Shown piece after piece: positions 26,649 to 39,813 of a stretch of DNA of 64,000 nt (positions within the stretch are counted from its first letter, which is position 1; the number at the start of each line of letters is the position of its first letter). The DNA is from Yuukianura sp. NJ FZ-2021. Its lineage: Eukaryota. The DNA is taken from the NCBI GenBank assembly GCA_046563655.1, contig CM102284.1, forward strand, positions 8,060,001 to 8,124,000, written 5' to 3'. The notes beneath the pieces are model-generated. The model had not been told where the DNA came from. It worked only from the letters and a program-made list of their open reading frames with translations, and did no database searches. A program made the translations under genes and the position numbers.

Positions 26649-27768
26649 TTACCACCGCTGATGCTGGACAAGTTTGGTAAACACAGAGATGCTCAAAACA
26701 GTGAAAATGCTTGTCCAGAAAGTAAAAAATTGGCGTGACCTGTGACTTGACCCGGCGTTGCTAAGAAGTCCCGTTGTGAAACAGTTTCCTTGCGTTTCTC
26801 GTTCAACTTCCTCCAAAAGATTTTCAATGACTTGACGCGGTTTCGTATTCGGACAGCGAGAAAGCGACGACAAGAAACAGTCACGTGACTTCCGGAAATA
26901 ACTAACGAAAAACACAAACTCAAATTCGCAACCTGTTTTTCAATTTCACTTTTTGAAAAAATTCATAAAATTTCATACTTGCAAACATCTTCTGAAGTTG
27001 TCAAGTTCTTTTTGTAGTCAGTCGCAGTATTAAAACAACCGAGGATCGGTTCTCTCTGTTCCAAAACACAGTCGATTCCACCGGATTCCAGGAACTCTAA
27101 ACAAAAAATTCCGAATTTTAAAAATTGCGAATTTGGAAAAATTTCGACTTTGCAAAACTTTGGATTTGGAAGAGAAACGCATTGATTTTTTGAAAGTTAC
27201 GGATGAGTTTGGATCCATTTCCACGACATGAGACATTCATGAGTTGTTGGAGTGCTTTGCCATCCTCCCGAGCACAATTATCGATGATCATGCGGTGAGG
27301 TTTGAGACATCCCAGGGACTGCGAAATTTTGTTACAAATTGGTTCGATGTAAATGTGTCGAAAAATTTCCAGTTGCGTAGGATTCCCACGTTTTGTTGGA
27401 CTAATGAGAACGTTGTAGTAGTTTGTTGGTTCCTGAGCTATGATACTGCGCAGACATTCCTTTAGTTCTTTTTGCTAAGAAACGAAAAATTTTGAATAAT
27501 TTCAAACTTTTGAAATTTCAAATTTTTGAATTCATGAATACAGTTTGCAAAAACTTGCCAATTTTTGTCTGTTGAAGGGCATGTAGTTCTGGTCGCAGTT
27601 GGCCTCAAGAGCGACCAATCCCACTTCTAACTGTGACTCCCAGTTGTCAATTCCTCCTGGAAGACGATTTGCAAATTTCGCACTATTTGCACATGACGCC
27701 AAAACAGCAACTCCTAGTACTCCCCACAAAATTTGCAATTTGCGAAAATTTTTGCATCTGCCAAACAT
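26649..27768 (-). CDS. 27-kDa haemolymph protein-like (DUF1397-like), secreted with hydrophobic tail
   Basis: Exons 27768-27559, 27474-27201, 27096-26979, 26901-26649 join in frame. Translation includes CRGNGSKLIQFLESGGIDCVLEQREPILGC and DCFLSSLSRCPNTKPRQVIENLL, matching the Cys spacing of this family as I recall it. Confidence 0.75.
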
Positions 27769-28732
27769 CTTCCAGCGGAAAAACGGGATTTTCCTGCAAA
27801 AAAAGAAAAAAAAACAATCCAAGATTAAAAACAGAAGCTCAAAGTGAAGAAAAATGGAAAAAATGTGAACGTTTACCTGAGTTTTTGGAATTCTTATTTT
27901 GCAAATAGTTGTAGGAATCTCTGGTACAAAAATTTTTGCAAAAATTGCAAATTTTACAAAATTCCCAAATTTTGCAAAAATTGATTATTGGCTTAACAAT
28001 TAACGTTGGGACAGAGACAGCCTGTCGTCCTAAATGCAGTCTTTGTCACACAGTTTAGAAATTTAGGTTGATACTTTTTTCTTTCTATTGTTTTCGCACA
28101 CTTAACTCTCTGCCCGTCCAACCAAATCAGAAACTTGCCTTTAACAGGGTAAGTAGGCTACCAGAAAAAAAAAACATGGTCAGAGGAGAAGTTGCTAAAA
28201 AGGTTCGAGAGAGCTGTGTGAATCTTCGCAATTATTAATTGATCATGTTTTCATGTTGCGAATTTTTCGCATTCTGCAAAACCAACAACCACCAGAAGAC
28301 AGACTTTTGTCAATAACAACTTTTCCCTCACCGTACCACCACCTATAGTTTACGGCAATTTATGAACTGTTGTTAACAATTTCTTTAGTTGAACAAAAAT
28401 TTATCAAACTTTTTGCATTTTAAAATTTTAAAATTTCCAAATTTTAAACTACATGCGTTGCTTCAGTTCGCTTCTGTACTATCTGAAAAACATTGTTGTA
28501 TTTTTTCACCCCAAGAAACTACTCTGACCATTTTTTGCTAAAATTAAATCTGCAATTTGCAAACTTGCAATTTTGTGAACAATGAAACATCAGACGATGG
28601 TATTAAGACGCGTAAACCATGTCCAAAGGAAGAGCTTTTTTTGAAGAAAAAGTGAAATTCTAACTTTAGACAATTCAAAAAACACGAACACGACATCCAT
28701 CGTTCCCGGTGCTTTGTCACTTTGACAAATTG

Positions 28733-30414
28733 TCAGACGCTCTTAGTCTGCACTTTTATTGGTTGTTTCCTTAGGGCATGGACATACTGGTCAAGTTTTA
28801 AAATGCATTCTGAAATAACTTTGTCCTTACTCTGATTAGCATCTAGTACGATAATCGCTGTCTGTGTCGGAAATTTCCGGATAAGCCAGTCTTCATAAGC
28901 TCCGTGCAAATCTGTCAAGTACTCCATGGAGCACAGGTCTTCCGCTGCTCTAGCCCTTGTCTTCATCCGTTCATAGGCTATTTTAGGGTCAGTTTGTAAG
29001 TAGATGATCACATCTAGGTTGCATTCAGTATGTTCCTCCATCCATTTGTGCCATTCTGACAACACACTGAATTCTGCTGGATGCAACGTTCCATTTCTCC
29101 GAGCAAGTTCCATAAAGCAGTGCCTACAATAAAAATATCACTTTCATATGAATTAGCAAAGACATCTCCAATCTTTAGTACAGATTCCATGTAATTTGGT
29201 CGGAATTATTTGGTCGGAAGTGAAAAGATCGGAGGTGAAATGGTCGGAAGTGAATTGGTCGGAAAGTGAAAACGTCGGAGGTGAAAAGATCGCACCATGA
29301 AATGGTCGAAAAGTGAAATGGTCGGAAAGTGAAATAAGTCGCAACAACAAAAGGTCGAATGGCAAAAATGTCGAAAAAAAGTTGTTGTTTTTTTTCGAAA
29401 ATAACCTAACCTTAATTTCTCTATGATGTAAGCCAAAAAAGCTACTTGAACAAAAGTGAACGGAATGTAAAGTGCAAAAGTAGTCGAGTCGGAATCAGTA
29501 TTTCAAACGTTAAAAAGCTTAACCTCGAGGCAAAATCAGTATTGTGAACTTTAAGAAACCTAACAACGCGCCTTCGGCGGGGGAAGATAAACACAACAGT
29601 GGAGGTACGGGACGGAATAAAATCATCAGCAGTGGATAGTGGTTTTGCCTTGCATCCTAGAAAAAAAATTCTTTTATGTTCTTGTTTAGCACCCTTGAAT
29701 TAGGCTAAAACCCAATTTTGAGCTAAGTCGGACAACAAAAATTTCGATTTTTTTTTTGAAATTTCGAAGGAACAAAAAATTTCGACATTTTATCATTCGA
29801 CCTTTTGTTCTTGCGACTATTTCACTTTCCGACCATTTCACTTTTCGACCATTTCATGGTACGATCATTTTAGTGTGCGATCTTTTCACCTCCGACCAAT
29901 TCACTTTCCGACCAATTCACTTCCGACCATTTCACCTCCGATCATTTCAATTCCGACCAAATAATTCCGACCAAATTACCTGCTACGTTTAGTACAGAAC
30001 TGGTTACCTGTTATTTTGTAGTGATCGCTCCATTATCCGAAAATGGATGTTTGATACCATTGGTTTGTCCTCAGAAGGTAAGTCAGTTGCTGCCGCAGCA
30101 TTAGATTTCACGATGTCCGTTAGACGAGTAAGTTGAACGTAGTTTTCAAATAGGAAGTTAAGCTTTTGAGGGTTCTTGTAAAACATCTCCAGGAGATTAT
30201 GGCCTTTGACATTACACCATTTATCCAGTGGTTCTGGAATGACTTCTACTTGAGGCCGTATTTCAACTGGCTTTGAAGTAGTAATTCCATCTTGTAGTCG
30301 GGTACTAAACAGTCCATTCTTCGGTAACAACTCCACCAGTTTTGACACCAGCGTAGACTTTCCACTTGAGATATTTCCATCAACTGACAAGGTAATCATA
30401 TTCTTTATTCTCAT
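28733..30414 (-). CDS. dnk: Deoxynucleoside kinase (Dm-dNK/TK2/dCK family)
   Basis: Exons 30414-30008 and 29123-28733. P-loop DGNISSGKST, PEP, MERS, IIYLQTDP, lid RARAAE, YLTDLH-YEDWL. Confidence 0.93.
29183..29987. mobile_element. Non-autonomous foldback/Mutator-like element in the dNK intron
   Basis: ~215-bp terminal inverted repeats made of ggtcggaa(a)gtgaa subrepeats. 9-bp TSD tttagtaca at 29174-29182 and 29988-29996. Removing it restores a 70-nt intron. Confidence 0.88.
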
Positions 30415-31460
30415 GCCTTAATCCGAATCAGGGGAACAATTCTAAAAGATGGACACGGACAGTTAAGAGAAAAATTAAAATTAGTTAGCGAATCGGATGG
30501 AAATGAAGTAAATGACATACCTTTCGTGTCAGCAAAGCAGCAGAACACGATGCCGGTATGGGTTGGCTTACAGTTAAATTGCGTGTAGGCAGCAAGCAAT
30601 TTAGTACAATTTACGTAAAACTCCGTCAATTAAATCAAAAGTTAATTAAAAACCACTTTGTGCAAAATTTAACAAAAGAATTTGTTTTGTGTTGATAAAA
30701 AATTTGATTTTGCATTGGTATTTCAATGCATTTGTCATTGCAATAGTATTTTTAGACGAAACTCCAATTGACATTGCCACTGCAATCTTTTATACTTTAC
30801 ATGTTAAATATTTTCAATAAATATTAATAAAGTATATAATATCAAAGTATATGGTATATACTGGTCTATAGATGGTTTATAATGATATATTAATAGGTAG
30901 ATTTACTTTATGTTTGTAAAACGAGTTTTACAGTTAATAGTTTTGCATTTTGGTTTTTGTTACAGTGAACTGCCATTCCCATTTCGTAGTTTCGCAATAG
31001 TGAAGCGCGGGCTGAGATAGGTTGATGAATCATTCAAAAAAGTGACGACAGCGATAAACTTCTGACACTCCGGCTCCGTGACCTTGTTTGACCTTTGTTG
31101 TTCAGTGACCTTTTTTTGACTGACGTTGCGTTTATTTGACGTGAAGTAAAGATTAAATGAAACAAAGCTGACAGTGGACGTAACCCTCATGATACAAGAG
31201 GGAAGAAACTAAATATTAAAAAGGAGGAGGGACAGGGGGGGGATTGGATTGGACAATTGGAGATCGAGGTCATTGGGTCACCTTGAACTTCTGCTTTACT
31301 TAAGGTTCGTATCATTTTAATCAGACCACTTTCCGTATTCATTACAAAGGAATATCAGTGTCCACGGGCTCGGACTTTACATTTTTTTACAGCCAAGAAT
31401 TCCATTACTGAGTTTTGAAGGCCCTTTGCGACGGACATTGTGCCAGCACTGATTGAAGCG

Positions 31461-33124
31461 ATGATTTGTAAACTGGACAAGGGCATATGTTGTACACGTA
31501 AGTCTGCATCAGTTAGATCGTCACTAGGTAGAGGTTAACCAATTCTAGAACGAACGGAAGAAGTTAAGCATGTATTTCTATTTACAGGAGCTTCGTCATT
31601 CCAGTCCAACGTTTGCTTACTACTGCTTGTCGTGACGAACGTTTTGTGTCAAGGAGTCCTTGCGGATGAAGCTCAATTTTGCCCTGGTTCCAGTTCTGCA
31701 TCGACCCTCAAAGATTCAGAAGATTTGTGTAGTGATACCAGCAGTAAACTACTAGAAATTGAAGGTAGACTCCGCGAGTTGGAAAAAATTGTACCAAAGA
31801 AGTACCCGGAAGTTAAGTTCCTAACATACAAAGACAGGAAGAGAATTTTGGTAAGTTTGTTTCGCTGTTTAATGCTTTTTCAATGAAGATAAATAATTGG
31901 CATTATTTAGATTACCGGAGGAGCTGGATTCGTGGGTTCCCATTTAGTCGATAGACTAATGCTGGATGGTCATGAAGTTAGTGTCGCCGATAACTTCTTT
32001 ACTGGACGTAAACGAAACGTTGAGCAGTGGATGGGCCATGAGAATTTTGAACTGATTAATCATGACATTGTTAATCCGCTCTTCATTGAAGTTGACGAAG
32101 TGTATCACTTGGCCAGTCCTGCCAGTCCACCTCACTACATGTGGAATCCAGTTAAGACTATCAAAACCAACACTGTCGGAACAGTTAACATGTTGGGTAA
32201 GTTTTCTAACCAAAACTACTTACAAAGTTTTACTTTTACTTTGTTAAAACATAACAAAATCTAAACTTTTTGTTTCACAGGCCTTGCTAAGCGTGTAGGA
32301 GCAAAGATTCTGATCGCAAGTACTTCTGAAGTCTACGGTGACCCAAAGGAGCATCCTCAGACTGAATCGTACTGGGGTCATGTCAATCCGATTGGTCCAA
32401 GAGCGTGTTACGACGAAGGAAAGCGTGTTGCAGAGGCATTGGCCTATGCTTATCAAAAACAAGAAAACGTTTCTGTCCGAGTCGCTCGCATTTTTAATAC
32501 CTACGGCCCCCGGATGCACATGAATGACGGACGTGTCATTTCGACTTTTATACTCCAAGCACTTCAAAATACAACTTTCACTGTTAGTAATTTTTCATAA
32601 TTTCATAAAATTTTAGTTTTCATTTATTAATTTTTTTGGGTTTCAGGTTAATGGAAATGGACAACAGACGAGATCTTTTCAATATGTTTCAGATTTGGTA
32701 GAAGGATTAATTGCCCTAATGGAATCAGATTACACTCAACCTGTAAATATCGGAAATCCGGATGAATACACAATCAAAGGTAAGTTGATTTGGGTAAAAT
32801 TTGATAAATTTTTCACAAAATTCAAAAAATGTTGTGTTATTGATAGAAATTGCTGAGCATATTCGTGACTTGGTGGGTAATACGAATAGTACTGTGCAGT
32901 ACATGGATGCTGTTCAAGATGATCCACAACAACGTCGTCCTGACATCAGTTTAGCCGCAAAAGTACTCAAGTGGGAACCAATTGTTCCACTTAACGTTGG
33001 ACTTGAAAAGACAATAGAATTTTTTCGAAAGGAAATTCAGAGGTCGAAGCACTCCGAACGGAATCTCTTCAATCCCCACGACCTTGTGCCTGAACCAGAA
33101 CTTTTGAAGAAGAAGCAACGATAA
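31461..33124 (+). CDS. UXS1: UDP-glucuronate decarboxylase 1 (UDP-xylose synthase)
   Basis: Exons 31461-31497, 31588-31850, 31911-32196, 32281-32582, 32647-32779, 32847-33124. Motifs [49 protein letters not shown]. Confidence 0.96.
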
Positions 33125-33414
33125 GGTCAGCTTTTTAACAAAAATTATCATATTTTAAATTTAAGTAGTTAAAGCTTTTAGATTTAGAACTTAGAACATG
33201 TCACGAATTGACGTTTGGAACAACAGTTTTTTTAAATACATAATTTCGTTTCCGCTTTTTTAAAAAAACTGAAAAATGGAAGAAATTGTGGAGGAGCAGT
33301 TGATTTTATTGTTGAAGCGAAATCAAATCAAGGTGAAAGTTCAAAGTAATTGCTATTTGACGAGTAATTAAGTAATTACTAATTAACAAGGAGTAATTAG
33401 GTAATTAAGTTGAA

Positions 33415-36400
33415 TTAGTTGCCTTCATACTCCACGCTAACTGCCATTTTGCCCAGAATCGTTGGTTCGTCTTTTGAAAAAGTACTGGAACGCCCAATTT
33501 CAGCCAAAGTTCTCATCTTGGGTTCAATTCCATCCGAGTCCATTTCAATATTGGATTTGGACATTTGCCAACTACTGTCCATGCCAACTCCTCCAGATGA
33601 CTTTACACCCCGTGACCTCGCGTGACCTTGACCTTCAGAGTCGCCTTTTCCATGCACATTGGCCACCCGTCCGCGACTAATCCTGTACGTTCCATGTGAC
33701 GGAACCACCGTCACTTTTCTGGGCTCTGAGACGTTTGACCTTTCAGTGGAAAAGTTTGACCTTTCCGTGGAAATGTTTGACCTTTCAGAGGAAATGTTTG
33801 ACCTTGAGTCGCTTGGTGTCGTGGGCTGATGACTGAACCGTGACCGTGGCAAGGGTGATGCCGGAGCCTTAATAGTCTTTTCGGAATTAGTTTTCGGTTT
33901 GACATTTCGGTTTTCCGTGTATCTTGACATTTGGGCGACATTTGACCCTCTCGGTGTCGTCCCAATTCCGGAACCAACCGAACTTTGACGACTATGTGAC
34001 GACTTTAACTCTTTAGCCAGTGGGGAATGCGGTGGGGGCTCAACCGATACCGAATTGGATCGTTGGTTTCGGAAAACGAGTTTCGGTTTTGAAACGGCCT
34101 TGGCTTTCTCTGAGTTTGTCAGAAACGAAGTCTTGGGCGGTGGTGAAGGTTCTACTACTGGATGTTTCTTAACGGTGTGTACCGGTACCGGTTTCGACGC
34201 TGGGGGTGGGTTCGTTGTTCTTGGCGACGGTGCGTTAGAACTCACGGGTTTTGTATTTCTCGAAACCGATCCGCGACGCGCCGTGTACGTCGATCCACTT
34301 CCGGCTGAACTGACTCTGGACGATGTCGTGTCAAACGATCGTTCTTTTTCTAACAAACCGGTACCGGTTCGTCGTCTATTTGCTGGTTCCGGTTGTGATG
34401 CTCTGCTGTTTGTGGGTACTTGTGCTTGAGCTGTAGTTTGCTTAGCATTTCTGTTCTCTGGTGTGGCTCCTTTTCCAGGACGTGTCCAAGTACCGGTATT
34501 TGTAACGGTTCGACCAGAAGAGTAAACATTCGGGGTCTTCGGAGTCGGAGTAGGTGGGGCCGGAGCCACCGGAGTCTGTGGCTGAGACTGCATTGGGCGA
34601 ACAGAGGCAATGGACTTGGTCGAAACCGATTTCTGAGACGATTCGGAAATCGGAAGTGGTGGTGGAATCTGATTATCCGAAAAATCGGTTTCTGCATTTG
34701 AATTTTTTCTGGGAGTAATCGGTTCAGCCACTTTTGGTTGTTGTGGTGAGATACGTGAAGTACCGCGGACGCTGCTTGAACTCGGAGACTGCGCAGTTCG
34801 ACTGTTTCTTGGAGTCGGTACGGGTGTACCGACGGAACTTGGCGGCATTCCAGCAGTTTTGACTGGAGCCTTTCTGTTTCCGGATTTGTCAAAATTTTGA
34901 AAACTTGTGGCACAAATTCGTTTTCGAACGTCTTGACTCATCTTCTCCCAGTTTTTAGAAAGTACGGCTTTTGAGGCATTGGCTAGCAGGAACTTTTCAA
35001 CTTCACTCCGCAGCATTTTTAGAAAAACGACAAACATCTGGAAAAAATTTCAAAGATCAGAAGGTGAAATTTTGAATTTTAGAATTTTGAATCGGAAATC
35101 ATAATTTTGAACTTTTTTTTTGTGTTTTCATGCAACTACAATTGTACCGTGGACCACTCAACTTCATCAATCGTCACCGTTCCAAGCTCAATTAGTCGAC
35201 ACAGGGCAACGTGAGACAAACAAGCTTCGTCTGCCTTCAAAAGCAAAATGCCCTCCAAAAACGTGTTTTCGATTCTGGAAATGTTCCAGGTTTGACCTTT
35301 TCCAAAAAGCAAAAACCTAAAAATTTAAAATTTTTTGTCAAACTTCGACGCCACTTTTGTCAAAATTTAATGAAATTTTCTTGAAATAATTTAAGATTTT
35401 TTACCTCTGGCTTTGAAGAACTTCACTCAAATGCTCCCCGATGTACTGCGTACCTTCAAAAATTCAGTCCGTAATATTAAAATTTTGAAAAAATTTCAAA
35501 TTTTTAATATTTTGAAAAATTTTACGTTTCGAAATTTTTCAACTCACATGCTTCGTTCAGTTTAATCACTGTAGCAAAAATGGCTTCAGTCCAGCGTACA
35601 GTCGGCATTGTGCTCAGAAGTTGGTCACACCCAAGTGTAACGTCCAGTAAATTTTCTGGGGACTAAAAAACGCGAAAGGTCAAAGGTCATATTTTTTAAA
35701 TTTGCATGTTTGCATTAAAATTTAAAATTTTACCAAGTGAGTAACACTGAAGCCCAAGCATTTGTCAACGAGTGGCTCGCCCAGAGAAGCGAAAGCCTTC
35801 GTGGGCCAAATTCGCACAAAATGTTTGCAAATCCACTTCGTCATTTTCCTTTGCAGTTCGTCCATTCCGTTGCTCACGGCGAGGGGAAAAAATTCCAGAA
35901 TTCCAGCGATGCAGCCGGTACAGGGCTGGAATCAAAATTTTGAGTTTTCTAAATTGAAAAATCAAACTTTTTTTGTTTTTGATTTTGAAAATTTAACTTA
36001 CGCGATGAAAGTTGTGACAAAAACGAGTTCGAATGGTTTGACTAATGACTTCTTTAAGTCCTTCCAGGCCCAGCATCTCAGTCAAAGTGGCCAACTCCAT
36101 GAGGTCAATTGAATCTGGAATTTCATTGGTTCCAGAATAGATGTGGTACATCGTAAACTGAACAGTATTGTAAGAAAATCTATAAAATATAATAATATAT
36201 TATATTTTAGTATATATTTATATTAATACTTTGTGTTTTTTAGGTTTTAGGACTCACTCATCCAGGTGAATTGTGTTTCCAGCCTTCTGGATCCAGTTGC
36301 CGCTGAGCATCGCTGCAAAATACTGCGAGCGTGACGCCAGTATACATTTATGTGCTTTGACGAATCTCCCACGGACGCTTATGGCCACATCAGTGTTAAT

Positions 36401-38153
36401 TCCTTCTTGAAACATGCGCAGTAAGTCCATTCCTAACTTAAAACACGGTCCACCTTGGCACACATCTGAATCTGGGTTCAAAAAGTTCAAAATTTTGAAT
36501 GTCTGACCTTTGACCTTTCAGATTTTTGTGACTTTTACCATCCACTGCTGACATTTCCATGGAACTCAAAATGCTGCTTGTGAAGGAACCATCATGCTCG
36601 TGATTGGCTACATGCAGTGACGATCGATTTGAAGTTCCCGGGAACTGATTTCTGTCAACATCCGAAACAATACTGGACATCATCATGCTGCTGCTCATCG
36701 ATCCACCTCCTCCTTCCCGCTCATTTTTGAAATCGTGACCTTTGACCCCACCAAAGTTGAAATGCGGGTGAGAATACTTGGGAATTCCACTATGCAAAAC
36801 TTTCAGTCTCAAATCTTTTGAATCTGCTTTTTTAGCACTTCGGCTACTTCCAGGAACGTTGCTATTGGCTGCTATCGTCGCTGATTCTCCTACGATTGGC
36901 TTCGTTTTCGGACCGTCTTTGTCACCAATGTCAACAAACATTGAGAAAATCATTTTCTGGGAATCCGTTGAAGCCGTCAAAGGATCTTGACGGTTTTGAG
37001 TCGTTGACGGTTCTGGACAGTCGACTTCGTCCATGCTCAGGAAGTACGTCAAAGAATTTGTGCTGGAAGTTGACTTGCAGCGCCCTCTCGATCGCTGCTC
37101 ATCTTCTCCTTCAGATGTAAACGAATTGAAGTCAACGATCCACGTCTCCGGTGGCTTCTCGCTTGTGATCCCACCGGCCATCACACTTTCTGTCATTACC
37201 GGTTCGATTCGCTCAAAAACCCGAATTCGACCGGCACCATCCGAAACGTCAATTGAATCCCGGTGGACCGGAACGGTTGATGTTGCCGCTGGAGCACGAA
37301 TTTCTTCTAGAGAATCAGCCACAATTGAATTCAGCATTTGATCTTGCTGTGGTTCCCGAGAAGTACCTCGCTGACCTTGAGTGACCTTGAAATTGAAACT
37401 ATCATCTTCATCTCGCCGCGGAAGTATTGTTGTTTGAATTATATCTGGAAAACTTTTGGAAATTGGAACGCGCCGGCGTACTGGAATTCCGGATGAACCC
37501 GGAGATGCTGTGGCTCGACGCGTACTGGGTGAACCACTTTCGGTACGAGGCGGACCGGCAGAAGTTGAAGGCGTGGCGAACAGAAGTGACGGCGGTGGAC
37601 TTGGAACGTACTCGGGTTGTTCGTCAAGCAGTTCGGCAGCATTGATGAAACACTTCGGTTGGGGTGGTGGCAGTTCGGTTTGTTCCGGCGGAATTTCTTC
37701 CACTTCGGTACGATCTTCTTCTTCTTCGTCATCATCATCCACTGGGTTTCCATTTCGGTCAAAGAAGGAACCGATCATAACTGGATCGTCCAGTGGATTT
37801 TCTTCTGGTTCGTTCTTCTCATTGATTCTTGAATCTGAAGTGGATTTGTCCAAATTCCGGTCACTTCCGAAGTGATCTGCGCCTGTGTTATCATCACCTT
37901 CGGTAGTCGTGCCGGTTTCGGTACCGATATCGATGTCGATACTGGAATGTTCGTAGGGTGTGGTCAGTATGTGAACAGATTCGGACTTGCAAATAAACTC
38001 CGCAGCAGCACTGCGGTACGAACTGCTGAGCAGCGGATCTGACAAAGTTTTCAGTTCACCGGATGACGGTAGCGCTGAGCTTTTCCCACTTTCTCCAGAA
38101 ACTGCTTCCTTAACTTTCTTCGGGGCTGGCAAAAATCTCAATCCTAATGGCAT
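33415..38153 (-). CDS. BTB/POZ (+BACK-like) protein with long disordered termini, BTBD8-like
   Basis: BTB motif TDVAISVRGRFVKAHKCILASRSQYFAAMLSGNW at 36254-36470; several small helical-domain exons at 35.1-36.2 kb; acidic N-terminal exon and basic S/T/P/R-rich last exon. 5' start uncertain. Confidence 0.8.
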
Positions 38154-39813
38154 TTTCAAAATTGTTGTCAAAATTTTTGTTTTTTTTTTTAAATTACGAA
38201 TCTGAAATTCTAGAAATCCGGTTCCGATTTACTTTGTATCACACCCTGCCCTTTCTCTTGGGTACAAATATTGATTTCTTTCTTTTCTGAGAATTTGAGT
38301 CGTAAAAGAGAAGAAAGCAGCCACGGGGGAAAATCAATGACTTTCTCCCATGCGCATTTTGCCGTTTTGGTTTCAGCTTTCCACAGTAATAGTGTACTTA
38401 TTTTTTCAAAAAATGTTCATTTTTTATTGTTTTGTAAGTAAAAAAAAATTCTTCGTATTCTCAATACAGTCGCGGAGAGATCGCATCTCTAATGCATTCC
38501 ATTCCCGAGATCTGAATTTTTTGAGTTTTTGAAATTTTTAGAAATTTCCGTTGTATAGTTACTAAAGGCTCCTCAAAAAACTGACCGGAGCTATGCGGAT
38601 ATTAGGCGAAACAGAAAGGCTCCTCTCCCTCTCAACTTTTTTCCCGCCGGTGCAGTGGTCTTCTTCCCATACAAAAATCCAAAAAGCAACGAGGGGCTAC
38701 CTGCCTCTTTGCTCCGTATAATCCCCTATCTCAAATCCACCAAATTCACTCCGGTCACTTTCCAATTTCTCAAATTACAAAATTCAAAAAAATTCAACCT
38801 TGTTGCAATTTTTGAAAACACTTTGACATGTTGAAGTTGCAGAACAAGATCTGGCATACTTTAGTACAAAAAATTTTGCAAAAAAAGTAATTTTCAACAA
38901 TTATTTGACAATATTCATGGAATTTATTGTTTTTGAGGTTTAGATTAACGGCTAAAATTTTTGCAATTCAACTAGTGAGGATAAATAATGTTCAAAATTT
39001 TGTGAAATTTTGAAAAATAAACTTTACGCGTTCCTGGATTTTATTTTGGAAATCCAATGTAGAGATGCTTTCACATGAGGTTACACTGCTGCTGCTACTC
39101 AACTGAAAACGAAACAATTATAAATAAAATCAATCTCAAGTCAATTAATACAGCTGTAGTGCCATTCTGATTATTGCATAAGTCGTAAACTGAGCGGATT
39201 TAATTAATTGCTCCAAGATTGTAATTAAAATAATTAACGCTTTATCAATTAAAAATAAAACAAGTTTGTTTCCTATTGCGTCAACCGTATAGACGCCAAT
39301 TTCTCCTTTGAGACACGACTTATTCAGCAGCGCGGGAAAAGTGTTAAAATTAGATTTCAAATAATTTCGGTGGTTGTTCTAGCGGTTACTCCACAACACC
39401 CCTTGTCACCCAACCAAATTTTAATTGCTTTTATTAATCGAGTATTTGAAATGATAATTAATCGTTCAAGTCTTTAGCCACAACTTTCAATTTGAAGAAT
39501 AATTTACTAAACTTTAAATAAACTTCCCTTTGAGTTTATAAGCAACTTTGCTTTACATTTCAAATAAACTATGCCAAAGGACGAACATTTTACAGCAAAA
39601 ACTAAATTGTACAAAACACCAAGATGTTGACCTTATTTAGAAACTGTGCCTGGTTAACTGGTCAAAAGGTCAAGCTTACAAAGTAAAAGGCAGAGTTAAA
39701 GTAGTTATGTCTTTGAAGGAAGGGAACATCGTCATTTGTTGATCAGCTGATGAAAATTCATGATTCCTAAAGTGTTGTCTGAACGTGACAGGATGTGCCG
39801 GTTATTTCCGTGT

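Noticed and set aside
28733-30414. Viral or bacterial horizontal transfer of the kinase
   Set aside because: The C-terminal half closely follows insect dNK motifs and the gene has normal introns; no positive evidence without a phylogeny.
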